From a virus, in UHGV virus genome UHGV-0321997: a DNA stretch of 35,188 nt; one strand, 5' to 3'. The notes below the pieces were generated by a model. It was not told where the DNA came from and searched no databases. It was given only the letters and a program-made list of their open reading frames with translations. A program made the translations under genes and the position numbers. Below are positions 34,528-35,188 of the stretch, piece after piece (positions within the stretch are counted from its first letter, which is position 1; each line of letters opens with the position of its first letter).

Positions 34528-34623
34528 ATGGCGCAGTTTTTGGCAATTAGAATCAAAGGTGGACACTTGACAATTGATGATGTACCGGAGAGTTTGAAAG
34601 AGCAGGTGCAGGCGTTACTTTAG
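34528..34623 (+). CDS. XkdX-like tiny protein (31 aa).
   Basis: MAQFLAIRIKGGHLTIDDVPESLKEQVQALL resembles the XkdX family (...ITxxxVxxxV). Confidence 0.25.
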   Translation: MAQFLAIRIKGGHLTIDDVPESLKEQVQALL

Positions 34624-34631
34624 GAGTAGAT

Positions 34632-34745
34632 ATGTTTATCAGATGGTTAAAGCAGAAATTCTGCGAACACAAGTATTGCAAGCACTACAACAAGGCTACA
34701 AAGGGATATGTTAGGCGTTGTGTAAAGTGCGGGAAAATTGAATAG
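34632..34745 (+). CDS. Tiny zinc-ribbon protein (37 aa, C..H..C...C..C).
   Basis: RBS GGAG 5 nt before the ATG. Motifs CEHKYCKH and CVKCG. Confidence 0.25.
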   Translation: MFIRWLKQKFCEHKYCKHYNKATKGYVRRCVKCGKIE

Positions 34746-34876
34746 GTAAGACATTGGCACATAGAGATATGTGTTATTTTTATGCCTTTTTGGTCAGTAG
34801 ATGAGACCTTAAACAGTCAATTCGTGGCGGTTGGTAACACGCCTAAAACTACCTAATGCGAAAGGAGATCAGAAAC

Positions 34877-35188
34877 ATGAAAACAGAATTTTTAAAAGGA
34901 CTCGGATTGGAACAGGATGTTATTGATAAGATCATGGCAGAGAACGGGAAAGACATTGCCGCTGAAAAGGCAAAGACCACAAAAGCAGAGGGTGAGCGTG
35001 ACAATTACAAGAGTCAGCTTGAGACTGCAACAGAATCTTTGGAAAAATTTAAAGATGTTGACCCAACAGCTATGCAGGGCGAGATCAACAAACTGAATCA
35101 ACAGCTGAAAGACAAAGATGCCGAGTATGCCGCAAAAGAAGCGGATCGCATCTTTTCCGACACGATCAAAGAAGCGATCAAGACAGCC
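34877..35188 (+). CDS. Scaffold protein, N-terminal part (open to the window end, continues in frame at nt 1).
   Basis: RBS AAAGGAGATCAGAAAC before the ATG. Helical, charged sequence with no stop up to 35188. Confidence 0.6.
   Translation, partial: MKTEFLKGLGLEQDVIDKIMAENGKDIAAEKAKTTKAEGERDNYKSQLETATESLEKFKDVDPTAMQGEINKLNQQLKDKDAEYAAKEADRIFSDTIKEAIKTA

Larger units (their letters stand above)
1..35188 (+). mobile_element. Complete temperate siphovirus-like phage genome, circularly permuted (the window opens inside the scaffold gene). No flanking host DNA is seen.
   Basis: Full complement of phage modules: structure, lysis, serine integrase, repressor/antirepressor, replication, terminase, portal. 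The 3'-terminal ORF runs in frame into the 5'-terminal ORF. Confidence 0.85.

Overview
The window reads as one complete, circularly permuted genome (35,188 bp) of a temperate siphovirus-type phage. The host is probably a low-GC Gram-positive bacterium (Firmicutes/Clostridia-like codon usage, AGGAGG-type RBSs, TTG/GTG starts). The partial scaffold ORF at the 3' end (34877-35188) continues in frame, with no stop, into the partial ORF at the 5' end (1-240), so the sequence closes into a circle. No host genes are visible.

Gene order runs on the + strand except for the lysogeny genes:
- Structural module: scaffold C-terminus, major capsid, head-tail connector proteins, major tail protein, two tail-assembly chaperones, a 51-aa zinc-ribbon sORF, tape measure, Dit, and a 947-aa Tal/receptor-binding protein.
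- Lysis cassette: XhlA-like protein, SPP1-family holin, a 28-aa sORF and an Amidase_3 endolysin.
- Lysogeny module: large serine integrase (-), a lipoprotein (-), a leaderless small XRE gene plus a 32-aa sORF (+), and a cI-like XRE repressor (-).
- Early genes: a 143-aa hypothetical, a Rha/KilAC antirepressor, several small ORFs, and a protein whose hexapeptide repeats are encoded by an 18-bp tandem DNA repeat.
- Recombination/replication module: AAA_24 (Sak4-like) ATPase, an SSB-like protein, an ERCC4 nuclease, a replisome organizer, and a PrimPol/AAA_25 primase-helicase.
- Then a Cys-rich protein, a Lar anti-restriction protein, a DUF551 protein, an ArpU-like late activator, a terminator, an aberrant tRNA-like element and tRNA-Asn(GTT).
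- Packaging and head genes: TerS, PBSX-type TerL, SPP1 gp6-like portal, and a MuF-like minor head protein.

No CRISPR array, rRNA or transposon was seen.

The most notable points are:
- the in-frame circular closure;
- the SSB-like protein and the primase-helicase sharing an acidic C-terminal ...IPF tail;
- a leaderless XRE plus sORF cassette bracketed by palindromic operators, between the lipoprotein and the repressor;
- an Ltp-positioned lipoprotein (candidate superinfection exclusion);
- the aberrant tRNA-like element;
- an antisense Cys-rich gene inside the early operon.

All coordinates derived by hand from the raw sequence may be off by about 1 nt.
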